Shown here: positions 20,681 through 31,935 of the stretch, piece after piece
Position numbering within the stretch: the first letter of the stretch is position 1
How the letters are laid out: every line of letters begins with the position of its first letter
Sequence record: SRR9188676_3688
Strand: one strand, 5' to 3'
Length of the DNA stretch: 50,460 nt
The notes under the pieces: generated by a model
Seen by the model: the letters and a program-made list of their open reading frames with translations, nothing else
Told to the model about the DNA's origin: nothing
Database searches by the model: none
Position numbers and translations under genes: made by a program

Positions 20681-20855
20681 GACATTCTCCTTACGGGTGG
20701 CGATGGATGATCAAATAAATCATGATTCGCCCCGCTTGTCTCGCGGTGTTTCGTCCTTTGCGACGGGCCGCCCAAAAATTTGCGATGGCCCGCGCCGCCC
20801 GCTCGCGTTATCAGGCCTTGTTCGAGCCAAGTAAGAGAAGGGGCAGCAAGGCGTC

Positions 20856-21053
20856 GTGAGCCGGGAAGACATCATGCGCCGACTGGAACTGCTGCGCGTC
20901 GAGCATCGCGATCTCGACAGCGCGATCGCCGCCTTGGTCGATGCCGGCGGTGGCGACCAGATGCAGATCGCGCGCCTCAAGAAGCGCAAGCTCCGTCTGC
21001 GTGACGAAATTTCCACGCTGGAAGATGCGCTCGTACCCGACATCATCGCCTGA
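20856..21053 (+). CDS. DUF465/YdcH family protein
   Basis: EHRDLD..I, RLKKRKLRLRDEI and PDIIA. Confidence 0.9.
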   Translation: MSREDIMRRLELLRVEHRDLDSAIAALVDAGGGDQMQIARLKKRKLRLRDEISTLEDALVPDIIA

Positions 21054-21068
21054 GCCAGGATTTTTCGG

Positions 21069-21084
21069 TTAACGCCGCACTAAC
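21069..21084 (+). promoter_or_regulatory. Putative CtrA box upstream of rcdA
   Basis: TTAA-cgccgca-CTAAC, one mismatch to TTAA-N7-TTAAC. Confidence 0.55.
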
Positions 21085-21163
21085 CGATCATAAATGGGAC
21101 AAAGGGCTGTTCAGGCCCGGCAATAGGCCTGACAAGGTTGCGAAAATATGGCAGCAACGGGCG

Positions 21164-21643
21164 ATGCAAAACCCTGCTTTCCTTGATCCCGGCCTCCATC
21201 GCCGGCTGGTCGACGGACTATATTTGGAAGCCATGGTGATGGCGGATGAAGCGCGCGCCTATTTCGACGGCAGCGCCTCGCTGGACGATGGGGTGGAGGA
21301 TCCGATGCGCCGGGTCGCCTTCGCGTGCGAATCGTTGAAGGTCACGACCCGGTTGATGCACATCATCGCCTGGTTACTGAGCCAGCGCGCCTGGCAACGG
21401 GGTGAAATCGAGCAGGTCGATCTGACGGATGAGAAATATCGGCTGGGGCGCGCGTCGCATACGGACGTTGATCTTGCCGCCAGCTTTCCCTTTGCCGCCC
21501 GCGCGTTGATTGATGCCAGCCAGGAATTATATGAGCGCGTCGCCCGTCTTCAGGAGCGGCTGGATGCGATGAGCAACGCGGCGACGACTGCGCTTGCCAG
21601 CCCCGCTCGGGCGCTGCTGGACCGGTTGAACACCGCATTCTGA
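21164..21643 (+). CDS. rcdA: Regulator of CtrA degradation (DUF1465)
   Basis: LY.EAM..ADEARAYFD, ESLKVTTRLMHIIAWLL.QRA...GE and S..LY.RV.RL. Confidence 0.85.
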   Translation: MQNPAFLDPGLHRRLVDGLYLEAMVMADEARAYFDGSASLDDGVEDPMRRVAFACESLKVTTRLMHIIAWLLSQRAWQRGEIEQVDLTDEKYRLGRASHTDVDLAASFPFAARALIDASQELYERVARLQERLDAMSNAATTALASPARALLDRLNTAF

Positions 21644-21720
21644 CAATTACCCTATAAATGAAGGCGATTCCCACCTTCTGGGGCTGGCCTTCACGCCCGG
21701 TTCTGGTCTAGACCGACCCC

Positions 21721-23841
21721 ATGACCGAAGGTTTGCGGACCCAACGCCGCTTTTCAGGCCGCCCGCATACCGCCCGGCTCCTGCTTGCGCCGCTTCTGCT
21801 GGCCGCGCCCGCATCGCTGCGCGCGCAGGAAACGCCGCCATCTGTCTCGACCGACCCCGCCCAGAGCGCCGATCCTGCGCCCAGCCAGGCGCTGGATGCC
21901 ATGCCCGATATCGGCGTCGATTGGCCGGACATGGGCCAGCCGGACAGCATCACGCCGCTGCCCGATGATCCACTGGAATCACAGGCGACCGTTCCGCCAT
22001 CTGCCGACCCGACCGCTCCGGCGCAGCCGGCCTCGCCTGTGCTCGCCTTTCCGACCGATGATGCCGATGCGACCGCCGAGCCGGTCGACGGCAATGCCAG
22101 CTTCGCCGACGCCAGCGAGGAACGGCGCTATACCGTGCAACTCACTGGCCTGGACGCCATAGCCGACGATCAATTCACCCTGCGCTTCGACGAACTTTCG
22201 GTGCTGCGCCAGGGGCAGGGCAAGCCCGCCAACCTGGCTCAGATCAATCGCCGCATGAAGGAAGATGGCGAACTGCTCGACCGCCTGTTGCGGGCGAAGG
22301 GCTATTATGCCGCCCGTATCCGCAGCGCGGTGGTCGCGCCGCCGCCCGGCAGCGATCGCCTGTCCGTCACCTTCGATATCGTGCCGGGCACCCAATATCT
22401 GCTGGAATCGGTCGATGTCACCGGCCTTGTCGAAACCGCCGGGCAAGAGGCGCGGCTGCGCGCCGCCTTCCCGCCCAAGGCCGGCGATCCGGTCGATGCG
22501 GACGCGATCCTGGCGGGTCGCGACGCGCTCAGCACCGCGCTGACCGAAAGCGGCTTCCCCTTCGCCCGGGTCGATGAACCGGAAGTGCGGATCGACCATG
22601 AAGAGCGTAAGGGCGATTTGGACATCATCGTCGCGCCGGGCGGATTTCGCCGCTTCGGCGCGATCCGGATGGACGATACGAAGCTGTTCGACGCCCATCA
22701 TGCGCAGGAAATCGCCCGCTTCGATCCGGGCGATACCTATATGGCATCGGATGTCGAGGATCTGCGCCGCGCGATCGTCGCTACGGGCCTCGTCTCCTCG
22801 GTCAGCCTGAAGCCTGTTGATGCTGGCGATGGCGAGCATGTCGATCTGGACGTCGATATGCGCCCCGCGCCGTTACGCACCATTGCCGGCGAACTGGGTT
22901 ATGGCACGGGCGAAGGTTATCGCGCCGAAGTCAGCTGGCAGCATCGCAACCTCTTCCCGCCCGAAGGCGCGGTGACGTTGCGCGGTGTGCTCGGTACGCA
23001 GGAGCAGACGGCGTCCTTCACCTACCGCCGCAACAATTTCCATCGACGCGACAATGTGCTGACCGGGCTTGTATCGATCAGCAATATCCGACGCGACGCC
23101 TATGATGCCCGCACCATTAATCTGTCCGGCGCGATAGAGCGGCAGAGCAATATATTGTTCCAGAAGAAATGGGTCTGGCGTTTCGGCGGTGAATTGATCG
23201 CATCGGATGAAGCCGACGCCTTCAGCGGCGGTGCTCGCCGTACCTTCCTGATCGCCGCCGTGCCGGTCAGCCTGACCTATGACGGCAGCGACGATCTGCT
23301 CAACCCGTCGAAGGGCTTCCGCCTAGGCGCGCGCGTCAGCCCCGAACTCTCCTTCCAGAACACGACCTTCGGCTATGCCCGCGTGCAAGTGGACGGCAGC
23401 GTCTATCAGCCGATGAGCGACCGTGTGGTCGTTGCCGCGCGCGCCCGCTTCGGCACCATCTTTGGATCGACGGTCGAACAGATCGCGCCGTCCCGCCGCT
23501 TCTATGCCGGCGGCGGCGCATCGGTGCGCGGCTATGGCTATCAGGCGATCGGCCCGCGCTATGGCGATGACAATGATCCGGTCGGCGGCAAGAGCCTCGC
23601 CGAATTTTCGCTCGAAAGCCGCATCCGCTTCGGCAATTTCGGCGTCGTGCCCTTTGTCGATGCCGGCAATATCTCCACCAGCTTCCTGCCGCGCTTCCGC
23701 GACCTGCGCATCGGTGCGGGCATGGGCCTGCGCTATTACAGCAATTTCGGCCCCATCCGCGTCGATGTGGGCACGCCGCTCAATCCGCAGTCGGGCGATC
23801 CCAAGATCGCGGTCTATGTTTCGCTGGGGCAGGCCTTCTGA
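21721..23841 (+). CDS. tamA: TamA (Omp85-family translocation/assembly module outer-membrane subunit)
   Basis: POTRA-like repeats, RFYAGGGASVRGY, GLRYYSNFGPIRVDVG, C-terminal SLGQAF; followed by tamB. Start is uncertain. Confidence 0.9.
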   Translation: MTEGLRTQRRFSGRPHTARLLLAPLLLAAPASLRAQETPPSVSTDPAQSADPAPSQALDAMPDIGVDWPDMGQPDSITPLPDDPLESQATVPPSADPTAPAQPASPVLAFPTDDADATAEPVDGNASFADASEERRYTVQLTGLDAIADDQFTLRFDELSVLRQGQGKPANLAQINRRMKEDGELLDRLLRAKGYYAARIRSAVVAPPPGSDRLSVTFDIVPGTQYLLESVDVTGLVETAGQEARLRAAFPPKAGDPVDADAILAGRDALSTALTESGFPFARVDEPEVRIDHEERKGDLDIIVAPGGFRRFGAIRMDDTKLFDAHHAQEIARFDPGDTYMASDVEDLRRAIVATGLVSSVSLKPVDAGDGEHVDLDVDMRPAPLRTIAGELGYGTGEGYRAEVSWQHRNLFPPEGAVTLRGVLGTQEQTASFTYRRNNFHRRDNVLTGLVSISNIRRDAYDARTINLSGAIERQSNILFQKKWVWRFGGELIASDEADAFSGGARRTFLIAAVPVSLTYDGSDDLLNPSKGFRLGARVSPELSFQNTTFGYARVQVDGSVYQPMSDRVVVAARARFGTIFGSTVEQIAPSRRFYAGGGASVRGYGYQAIGPRYGDDNDPVGGKSLAEFSLESRIRFGNFGVVPFVDAGNISTSFLPRFRDLRIGAGMGLRYYSNFGPIRVDVGTPLNPQSGDPKIAVYVSLGQAF

Positions 23842-26800
23842 TGGCCGACGACGCAGCGCCTCCGGTCATGCCGCCAACGCCGGCACCTGTGCCGCGCCGC
23901 CGCGCCTGGGACGGTCGTTGGCAACGCTGGCTGGCCGGGCTGATCGTCACGATCCTGCTGATCGTCGCGGCGGCGGTGGCGTGGCTGGACACGAGCGGCG
24001 GCCATCGCTTCCTCGCCACCCGCATCGCCACCATCAAATCTTCCTCTGGCCTGCGCATTCATGTCGGTGCGATCGAGGGTAGCATCTATCGCAAGGCAGT
24101 TCTGCGCGACCTGATCCTGTCCGATCCCAAGGGGAAGTTTCTGGAGGCGCCCCGCGTCGAACTGGACTGGTGGCCCTTTGCCTGGCTCTCCAACCGGCTG
24201 GATATCGACCGGCTGGTGATCCCGCACGCGACCCTGCACAAATTGCCCAAGCTGAACCCGACCGAGCGGCGCGGACCGATCCTGCCCAGCTTCGACATCC
24301 GGCTGATGCAATTTTCGGTCGGCCAGCTCGATATCACCCCCGGCGTCACCGGCCGGGTGCAGCGCGCCACCATGTCCGGCGACGCGGACATTCGCGGCGG
24401 CCGTGCGATTATCGATCTGTCCGCCCGCACGCTGGACGGCAGCGACGCGCTGACCATCGCGCTCGACAGCCGGCCGGACAAGGATCGCTTCGCCCTCGAC
24501 GTCACCGTCAATGCGCCCAAGACCGGCGTGCTGGCGGCGATGGCAGGCCTGAAGCAGGACGCCAACCTGCGCATCGGCGGCAAGGGCAGCTGGAGCCAAT
24601 GGGATGGCCGCCTCGCAGCCACGCTCGATGCTGCGCCGGTCGCCGACTTCACTCTCGCCGCCCGCAGCGGCGCCTATTCGGCGCGCGGCACGGTGGAGGG
24701 GAACGCGATCGCCGGCAACGGCCTGCTCCGTCGCATCGCCGCGCCGCGCCTGACCGTGCGAGCCGACGGCACGATGGTCGAGCGGGTAATCGACGGCCGC
24801 CTCTCGCTCCGGTCCGCCGCTTTGGATATGACCGCCGATGGCGCCATAGACCTGCGCAACAATGCGCTCGACAATATGCGTGTGGACCTGAAGCTGGCCC
24901 GGCCCGAAGCGCTGATCAAGACCATGCGCGGCAAGGATATCGCGGCTAAGGTCCGGCTGGATGGAGCCTTCACCGCGCTCGGCTACGAATATCTGCTCAC
25001 CGCGCGGCAGATCGCCATCGAAAAGGCGATCATCAACGACGTCCGGGCCGAGGGCAAGGGCCGCGCCACCGGCAAGGGGCCGGTGCTGATTCCATTGCGG
25101 TTGCGTGCGCGCAGTCTGGACGGGCAGGGCGATCTGGTCGGCGGGATCGTTCGCAATTTCCAGCTGGATGGTGTGCTCCAACTGGACGGCCAGACAATCG
25201 TCAGCAATCCCATGCAGTTGCGATCCGACAAGCTGCGCGGCAAGCTGACGGTGATCGCCGATCTGGCGACCGGCCGCTATGATGCGGGTCTGGACGGCGC
25301 GATCAACGGACTGTTCATTCGTGGCTTGGGCGTGGTCGATCTGACCTCCAAATTGCGCGCCGTGCCACGCAGCGATGGCGGCTTCGGCCTCAGCGGTAAT
25401 GCGCTGGCGCGGGTACGGCGGCTGGACAATGATTTCCTGCGGACGCTGGGCGGTGGCCTGCCGACCTTGCGCAGTCGGCTTGAGCTTATGAAGGATGGCC
25501 AGTTCGCGCTGTCCGACATGCAACTGACGTCGCCCCTGCTCAATCTGACGGCGCGCGGCATACGCCATCGCGACGGGTCGCTCCATCTGGAAGGTAGCGG
25601 CCGGCACGGGCGTTACGGGCCGGTCACGCTGACGCTGGACGGCATGATAGAGCGGCCGACCGTCGACCTGCTGCTCGCCCGGCCGATGGATGCGCTGGGC
25701 CTGCGCGATGTGCGGGCGAAGCTGATCCCGGACGCCAATGGCTATAGCTACACCGCCAATGGCGGTTCGACGCTCGGCCCCTTCACCGCTCGGGGCGTGA
25801 TCCTGCTGCCGCAGGGCGGGCAGGCGGTTGTGCGGGTCGCCAATCTGGCCGTGTCGGGCGTCACCGCCAGCGGCGATATTCGCCCGATCGCCGGCGGGCT
25901 CGACGGTCAGCTCAGCGTCATGGGGCCGGTCACCGGCTATATCAATTTCAAGCCGATCGACGCGAACCAGCAGGTCCAGCTGAAGCTGACGGCCAGCGAT
26001 GCCGCGTTCGAAGGGCCGACGATCATAGAGGTTCGGCGCGGCACGCTGGACGGCACGATCCTGCTCGACCCAACGGGCACCACCGTTACCGCCACGGCGC
26101 AGGCGCGGGGCCTACGCGTCGGGGGTGTGCTGCTCGGCCGCTTCGCCGCCAATGCCGAACTGGTCGATGGCAAGGGCAAGATACGCGGCAGCCTGTCGGG
26201 CCAGCGCGGTCGCCTGTTCGACCTTCAGGGGGAGGCGCAGGTCGAACCCGACCGCATCCGCCTCACCGCCGCCGGCACGATCGACAAGCGCCCCATTCGC
26301 CTGACCCGCGCCGCGCTGCTGACGCGGGCGGAGGATGGCTGGCGTCTGTCGCCCGCCACGATCAGCTATGCCGGCGGATCCCTGCAACTGGCCGGCGAAC
26401 TGGGTGGAGAATCGACCCATATCGAAGCGCGGATGCAGAAGCTGCCGCTGGCGCTGCTCGACATCGCCTATGATAATCTGGGTCTTGGTGGCATGGCGAC
26501 CGGGTCGCTCAGCTATGTTCAGCCGCGCGGTGGGTTGCCCACCGGCAAGGCGGAGCTGCGTATCCGGGGCCTGTCCCGCTCCGGCCTCTCGCTCAGCAGT
26601 CGACCAGTCGATGTCGGCGTCAATGCCGTGTTGACCGGCGAACGGCTGGCGACCCGCATGGTCTTCGTCGCCGATGGCAAGACGATCGGCCAGGCGCAGG
26701 CGCTGCTCAACCCGCTGGGCACGGAAGGGGGACTCGTCACTCGCCTCAACAGCGCGCCCTTCTTCGGCCAGTTGCGCTTCAACGGTACGGCGGACACGCT

Positions 26801-28037
26801 CTGGCGCCTGACCGGGGTGGAGATCGTCGATATTGCCGGCATGGTCGGCGTGTCTGCGGATATGCGCGGCACGCTGGGCGCGCCGGTCATCACCGGTAAT
26901 TTCACGACCGACAATGCCGCCATCAACAGCCCCGTCACGGGCATGCGGCTGAAGGGCGTCAAGGCGCGGGGCCGCTTCTCCGGTGCGCAACTGGTCATTT
27001 CCAGCTTCGCCGCGACCGCGCAAAATGGCGGCACCGTCAACGGCACCGGCCGCTTCACCTTCAACGGTATTGCCGGGGTCGGCATGGACCTCAGCCTGCA
27101 AGCCGACAATGCCGCACTATTGGAGCGGGACGATATCGCCGCAACCGTTACCGGCCCCATCACCCTCAAATCCGACGGTGTGGGCGGCACGATCGGCGGT
27201 GACCTGGTCCTCAACAAGAGCCGCTTCACCATGGGCCGCGCCGCCGCCGTGGCGCAGATCCCCGAACTCAAGGTGGTCGAGGTCAACCGGCGCGGCGACG
27301 AGATCGAACGTCCTCGCACCAACGTCCCCTGGGCGCTGGCGATCAAGGCGCGGGCGCGCAACCGTCTGACCGTCACCGGCCTCGGCCTTGACAGCGAATG
27401 GCGCGCGGACCTGGATATCGGCGGTACCGTCACCAACCCCGCCATTGCGGGCCGGGCGCAACTGGTGCGCGGCGGCTATGAATTTGCCGGCCGTCGCTTC
27501 GAGCTGCGCGAAGGCAATATCCAGTTCGACGGCAAGGTACCGGTCAACCCGACGCTGGACATCAGCGCCGAAGCCGATGTGAGTGACCTGAGCGCCACCA
27601 TCCATGTCGGCGGCACGGGCCTGAAACCCGACATCACCTTCACCAGCGTCCCCGCGCTGCCGCAGGACGAACTGCTTTCGCGCATCCTGTTCGGCACCTC
27701 CATCACCAACCTGTCCGCGCCCGAAGCGCTGCAACTCGCCTCTGCCGTCGGATCGTTGCAGGGCAATGGCGGCCTTGATCCGATCAACGCGGTGCGCAAG
27801 GCAGCGGGCCTCGACCGGCTGCGCATCATCGCCGCCGACCCGACGCAGGGGCAGGGTACGTCGATCGCGGCTGGCAAATATCTTACCCGCAAAACCTATG
27901 TCGAACTGATCACCGACGGTCAGGGCTACAGCGCCACCCGCATGGAATATCAGGTCACGCGCTGGCTATCCCTGCTGGCGGCCATCTCCACCCTCGGGCG
28001 CGAAAGCGCCAACGTACGTATTTCCAAGGATTATTGA
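23841..28037 (+). CDS. tamB: TamB (DUF490)
   Basis: N-terminal TM anchor, long beta-rich body, [14 protein letters not shown] and GKYLT. Confidence 0.92.
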   Translation: MADDAAPPVMPPTPAPVPRRRAWDGRWQRWLAGLIVTILLIVAAAVAWLDTSGGHRFLATRIATIKSSSGLRIHVGAIEGSIYRKAVLRDLILSDPKGKFLEAPRVELDWWPFAWLSNRLDIDRLVIPHATLHKLPKLNPTERRGPILPSFDIRLMQFSVGQLDITPGVTGRVQRATMSGDADIRGGRAIIDLSARTLDGSDALTIALDSRPDKDRFALDVTVNAPKTGVLAAMAGLKQDANLRIGGKGSWSQWDGRLAATLDAAPVADFTLAARSGAYSARGTVEGNAIAGNGLLRRIAAPRLTVRADGTMVERVIDGRLSLRSAALDMTADGAIDLRNNALDNMRVDLKLARPEALIKTMRGKDIAAKVRLDGAFTALGYEYLLTARQIAIEKAIINDVRAEGKGRATGKGPVLIPLRLRARSLDGQGDLVGGIVRNFQLDGVLQLDGQTIVSNPMQLRSDKLRGKLTVIADLATGRYDAGLDGAINGLFIRGLGVVDLTSKLRAVPRSDGGFGLSGNALARVRRLDNDFLRTLGGGLPTLRSRLELMKDGQFALSDMQLTSPLLNLTARGIRHRDGSLHLEGSGRHGRYGPVTLTLDGMIERPTVDLLLARPMDALGLRDVRAKLIPDANGYSYTANGGSTLGPFTARGVILLPQGGQAVVRVANLAVSGVTASGDIRPIAGGLDGQLSVMGPVTGYINFKPIDANQQVQLKLTASDAAFEGPTIIEVRRGTLDGTILLDPTGTTVTATAQARGLRVGGVLLGRFAANAELVDGKGKIRGSLSGQRGRLFDLQGEAQVEPDRIRLTAAGTIDKRPIRLTRAALLTRAEDGWRLSPATISYAGGSLQLAGELGGESTHIEARMQKLPLALLDIAYDNLGLGGMATGSLSYVQPRGGLPTGKAELRIRGLSRSGLSLSSRPVDVGVNAVLTGERLATRMVFVADGKTIGQAQALLNPLGTEGGLVTRLNSAPFFGQLRFNGTADTLWRLTGVEIVDIAGMVGVSADMRGTLGAPVITGNFTTDNAAINSPVTGMRLKGVKARGRFSGAQLVISSFAATAQNGGTVNGTGRFTFNGIAGVGMDLSLQADNAALLERDDIAATVTGPITLKSDGVGGTIGGDLVLNKSRFTMGRAAAVAQIPELKVVEVNRRGDEIERPRTNVPWALAIKARARNRLTVTGLGLDSEWRADLDIGGTVTNPAIAGRAQLVRGGYEFAGRRFELREGNIQFDGKVPVNPTLDISAEADVSDLSATIHVGGTGLKPDITFTSVPALPQDELLSRILFGTSITNLSAPEALQLASAVGSLQGNGGLDPINAVRKAAGLDRLRIIAADPTQGQGTSIAAGKYLTRKTYVELITDGQGYSATRMEYQVTRWLSLLAAISTLGRESANVRISKDY

Positions 28038-28038
28038 T

Positions 28039-29433
28039 GTGACGAAGAGCGCGATCGACGCGGCCACCGCGATCAGCGTGATGGACCTGTTCACCATCGG
28101 CATCGGCCCGTCCAGTTCGCATACGGTGGGGCCGATGCGCGCCGCGCTGATGTTCATGGACACGCTGCCGCAGACGCCGGTTCGGGTGCAGTGCGAATTG
28201 TTCGGATCGCTGGCGCTGACCGGACGGGGCCATGCGACGGATAGCGCCATCCTGCTCGGCCTGTCGGGCTATCGTCCCGAAAGCGTCGATCCCGATGCGA
28301 TCGGGTCCATCCTGGCGGCGATCCGCACCGATGGCCGCATTCGGGCGGGCAGCGCCGTGGATCACTGGCTGCCGTTCGAGGAAGCGCGTGATCTCCTCTT
28401 CCACATGGGTGATTTTCTGGAAGCGCACAGCAACGGCATGCGCTTCACCGCCTGGCTGGACGGGCGTGACGATCCGATCGTACGCGACTATTATTCCATC
28501 GGCGGCGGCGCGGTGCTGCCGGGTGTAGTGCCGGTCAGCGATGACGCGCCGCTCGGCCATAATGTCGTCCAGCCCTGGCCCTTCTCCTCCGGCGCGGAAA
28601 TGCTGGCGCAGGGCGACGTCAGCGGCCTGTCGATCGCGACGCTGGTGCTGCGCAACGAAGGCGCCTGGCGGGTGCAGGCGGAAACCGAAGCCTTCCTGGA
28701 CAATGTCATCGACGCCATGAGCGCGTCGATCGACCGGGGCCTGATGCAGGAGGGGCTGCTGCCCGGCGGCCTCAAGGTCCGCCGTCGCGCTCGCGCCATT
28801 CATCAGCGGCTGCGCTTGCAGCAGGACGCGCTCGGTCCCGCCCAGATTTTCGAATGGGTCAGCCTGTTCGCGCTCGCCGTGAATGAGGAGAATGCGGCCG
28901 GCGGTCGCGTCGTCACCGCCCCCACCAACGGCGCGGCGGGCGTCATCCCGGCGGTGCTGCATTATTATCGCCGCTTCGTGCCCGGCGCCGACCGGGACGG
29001 AGAGCGTCGCTTCCTGCTGACTGCCGCTGCGATCGGCTTCCTCTACAAGAAGCGCGCTTCCATCTCCGCTGCCGAAATGGGCTGTCAGGGCGAAGTCGGC
29101 GTGGCCTGCTCCATGGCCGCTGCCGGTCTTGCCGCCGTCCTGGGGGGCACCAACACGCAAGTCGAAAATGCCGCGGAAATCGGCATGGAACATAATCTCG
29201 GCCTCACCTGCGACCCGATCGGCGGCCTCGTGCAGATCCCCTGTATCGAGCGCAACACGATGGGCGCGGTAAAAGCGATCAACGCCGCCTATCTCGCGCT
29301 CCAGGGTGACGGGCGCCACATCGTCAGCCTGGACGCGGTGATCGAAACCATGCGCCAGACAGGTGAAGACATGGCCAGCCGCTACAAGGAGACATCGCTG
29401 GGCGGATTGGCCGTCAATGTCGTGGAATGTTGA
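28039..29433 (+). CDS. sdaA: L-serine ammonia-lyase (Fe-S dependent)
   Basis: [34 protein letters not shown] and [20 protein letters not shown]. Confidence 0.96.
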   Translation: MTKSAIDAATAISVMDLFTIGIGPSSSHTVGPMRAALMFMDTLPQTPVRVQCELFGSLALTGRGHATDSAILLGLSGYRPESVDPDAIGSILAAIRTDGRIRAGSAVDHWLPFEEARDLLFHMGDFLEAHSNGMRFTAWLDGRDDPIVRDYYSIGGGAVLPGVVPVSDDAPLGHNVVQPWPFSSGAEMLAQGDVSGLSIATLVLRNEGAWRVQAETEAFLDNVIDAMSASIDRGLMQEGLLPGGLKVRRRARAIHQRLRLQQDALGPAQIFEWVSLFALAVNEENAAGGRVVTAPTNGAAGVIPAVLHYYRRFVPGADRDGERRFLLTAAAIGFLYKKRASISAAEMGCQGEVGVACSMAAAGLAAVLGGTNTQVENAAEIGMEHNLGLTCDPIGGLVQIPCIERNTMGAVKAINAAYLALQGDGRHIVSLDAVIETMRQTGEDMASRYKETSLGGLAVNVVEC

Positions 29434-29494
29434 AAATCGTTCCGTCGCTTCATCGTCCGTTCGGCACGGTCGCACGGCGAATGGAGCCAATTTC

Positions 29495-29510
29495 GTGACA
29501 TTAATGGCAC
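29495..29510. promoter_or_regulatory. Near-perfect palindrome upstream of the porin gene
   Basis: GTGACATT-AATGGCAC (1 mismatch). Confidence 0.4.
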
Positions 29511-29616
29511 AGAAGCAAGCGTTTATCTGAGGTTCATGAAACAAAGGCGGCCGCTCCCGGCTTGAGCGTCTCACCCCCTGAGAGAGGGGAGAGAATGTTT
29601 GAACGGAGTATCTGTT

Positions 29617-30270
29617 ATGCGTAAGTTGATGGTCGCAACCCTCTTGGCCGGCGCCACCGTGGCCACTCCCGCTTTGGCGCAGGATGTCGGCCCGACCTTC
29701 ACCGGCCCGCGTGTCGAAGCCATCCTTGGCTATGACCGCACGGGTGCTGGCAGCGACGTGGACAATGATAATGGCAATGACGATCAGAAGATCGACGGCC
29801 TGCTCTACGGCGTCGGCGCCGGCTATGACGTCAATCTCGGCAGCGCGGTCGTCGGCGTTGAAGGCGAATGGACTAACTCGACCTCCAAGAGCAGCCGCCG
29901 CGACTATACCGACCAATTCGGCTTCGGCCGCGTAAAGCAGGGTCGCGACCTCTATGTCGGTGCGCGTGCCGGTATCCTGGCCGATCCCGCCACGCTCGTC
30001 TATGTGAAGGGCGGCTATACCAACACGAAGCTGAACGTGTTGGCCGGCAACACCAATGAAAGCACCGACGAGGCCTTCAAGCTGAACGGCTGGCGGATCG
30101 GCGCGGGCGTGGAGCGCGCGATCAACGCCAACACCTTCGCCAAGGTCGAATATCGCTATTCCAAATATGAAGATGCCAAGCTGCGCTTCGCAGACGGGGC
30201 GACGACCAGCGAATTCGGCATCGACACCGACCGTCATCAGGTGGTCGGCAGCGTCGGCTGGCGCTTCTAA
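29617..30270 (+). CDS. Outer-membrane 8-stranded beta-barrel (Omp25/RopB-like)
   Basis: Signal peptide ending PALA; FTGPR..A..G, LVYVKGGY, KVEYRYS; C-terminal GWRF. Confidence 0.9.
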   Translation: MRKLMVATLLAGATVATPALAQDVGPTFTGPRVEAILGYDRTGAGSDVDNDNGNDDQKIDGLLYGVGAGYDVNLGSAVVGVEGEWTNSTSKSSRRDYTDQFGFGRVKQGRDLYVGARAGILADPATLVYVKGGYTNTKLNVLAGNTNESTDEAFKLNGWRIGAGVERAINANTFAKVEYRYSKYEDAKLRFADGATTSEFGIDTDRHQVVGSVGWRF

Positions 30271-30281
30271 ACCGCCAAGAT

Positions 30282-30354
30282 CCGTTCGTTTCGAGCGCAG
30301 TCGAGAAACGGGAAGCGCTGTTTTGGCCGCTTCTTGACAGGCTCGCAACGAACG
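30282..30354. repeat. Intergenic palindromic repeat doublet (degenerate right arm)
   Basis: ccgttcgtttcgagcgcagtcgagaaac ... ttcttgacaggctcgcaacgaacg; the spacer begins ggaagcgc, as in the 15692 copy. Confidence 0.75.
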
Positions 30355-30365
30355 AAGCTGTTGGT

Positions 30366-30398
30366 AAAAGGGGTCGGTCTTCGGATCGGCCCCTTTTT
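30366..30398 (+). terminator. Intrinsic terminator
   Basis: aaaaggggtcggtc-ttcg-gatcggcccctttt with a UUCG tetraloop. Confidence 0.85.
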
Positions 30399-30456
30399 CC
30401 GTTCATCCGCCTATCCCCTCTATCAGTACGCGTGCAGGCCTGTTATTGACATTCAT

Positions 30457-30873
30457 GTGAGTAACGCGATTCCCCACCGCTTCCCGATCGGCATCGATCC
30501 GACCGACATCGACTTCATGGGTCATGTCAACAATGCCAGCTACCTGAAATGGGTGCAGGAGGCGGTGCTGGACCATTGGCGCGCGCTGGCCCCATCCGAA
30601 GCGGTCGCCCAGCATCTCTGGGTCGCGCTCAAGCATGAAATCACCTATCGCAAGCCTACCTTTCTGGACGACGATGTCATCGCCACCGTGCTGCTGGAAA
30701 AGGTCCAGGGCGCCCGCGCTTTCTACGAAACGGTCATCCGCCGTGGCGAGGAAGTACTGGCCGAAGTCAAATCCAGCTGGTGCTGCATCGACGCGAGCAG
30801 CCTGCGTCCCGCTCGTCTGACGCGAGAGGTGATCGACCGGTTCTTCGTCGGCGATGGCAACGCGAACGCCTGA
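30457..30873 (+). CDS. Acyl-CoA thioesterase (4HBT hot-dog fold)
   Basis: DIDFMGHVNNASYL motif; GTG start. Confidence 0.92.
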   Translation: MSNAIPHRFPIGIDPTDIDFMGHVNNASYLKWVQEAVLDHWRALAPSEAVAQHLWVALKHEITYRKPTFLDDDVIATVLLEKVQGARAFYETVIRRGEEVLAEVKSSWCCIDASSLRPARLTREVIDRFFVGDGNANA

Positions 30874-30905
30874 TGGGCGTCGGTTTTTAGACACGGCGAG
30901 GGTTA

Positions 30906-31817
30906 CTAGAGGATCGACGGTGGTGAAAGCGCGCTGACAAGTGCGTCGACCGTCGCACGTACGCGCGGTGTCATGTCTCTCGTTTCCAGCCATATGACAT
31001 GGATCGGCAATCTGGGCTGTTGCAAATGGGGGAAGATCGAGATGAGCTCTCCGGAGCGCAGCTGATCTGCAACCAGCCAGGCGGGCAGTTGGGCAATCCC
31101 CATTCCGGCAACCGTTGCAGAGGCGATGGCGTCGAAACTCGCAAATCGATGCGATCCTCTCACCACGGTCCGTTTGACCGCTCCGTCCCCATCCAGGAAT
31201 AGCCAGGGATCTTCACGCCCCTCACGCAGATGCGTGATCGCGCGATGATTGCCAAGTTCGTCGGCCTCGGTCGGAATATCCCGGGCCGCACAATAAGATG
31301 CCGCAGCGCAGATAAGCAGGTCCTGCTCGCCCAATTTCCTGGCGATCAACCCGCTGCTGTCTGGCAAGTGGCCGATACGAACGGAGAGATCATATCCTTC
31401 TTCCGCCAGATCGACGATCCGATTGTCGAAACTGACGTCCAGGTTGAGCAACGGATATCGGTTCGCCAAATCCAGGAGGGCAGGTATCACCCTTTTGCGA
31501 CCGAACAATTCGGGCAAGTTGATGCGCAGCGTGCCTGACGGCGATGCTTTTCGATCCGCAAGCGCGGCCTCGGCACTGGCCAGTTCGGCCAACGCGCGCA
31601 GGCAGCTTTGATAATAAGCACGGCCTTCATCCGTCAGGCTGAGATGCCGGGTGGTCCGGAAGAAAAGTTTTACGCCCAGCCTATATTCCAGCCGCGCGAT
31701 CGCCTTGCTGACAGCCGATTGGGACAGTCCCAGCCGCTCGGACGCCTTGGCGAAACTGCCGGACTGTTCCGCCTGCACGAAGGCCCGAATACCATTTAGC
31801 CGTTCGCTGGAGATCAT
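30906..31817 (-). CDS. LysR-family regulator (CrgA-like)
   Basis: GSFAKASERLGLSQSAVSKAIARLE.RLGVKLF.RTTR.LSLTDEG. Confidence 0.95.
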   Translation of the reverse strand: MISSERLNGIRAFVQAEQSGSFAKASERLGLSQSAVSKAIARLEYRLGVKLFFRTTRHLSLTDEGRAYYQSCLRALAELASAEAALADRKASPSGTLRINLPELFGRKRVIPALLDLANRYPLLNLDVSFDNRIVDLAEEGYDLSVRIGHLPDSSGLIARKLGEQDLLICAAASYCAARDIPTEADELGNHRAITHLREGREDPWLFLDGDGAVKRTVVRGSHRFASFDAIASATVAGMGIAQLPAWLVADQLRSGELISIFPHLQQPRLPIHVIWLETRDMTPRVRATVDALVSALSPPSIL

Positions 31818-31935
31818 CGTATTCTCGAAATTATGTCCTGATGATCGGGAATTGATACCCGAAACCAGACGAAATTTCCATGCTATCTGAAGGTCCATAT
31901 TCCGGGTCAAAACCCGCCTATTTGGAGCCTATGCC

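Noticed and set aside
27955-30348. 797-aa minus-strand ORF and other long antisense ORFs (23814-25607, 9068-10468, 12026-13456, 44311-45729)
   Set aside because: Typical stop-poor antisense frames of high-GC genes, with no motifs.
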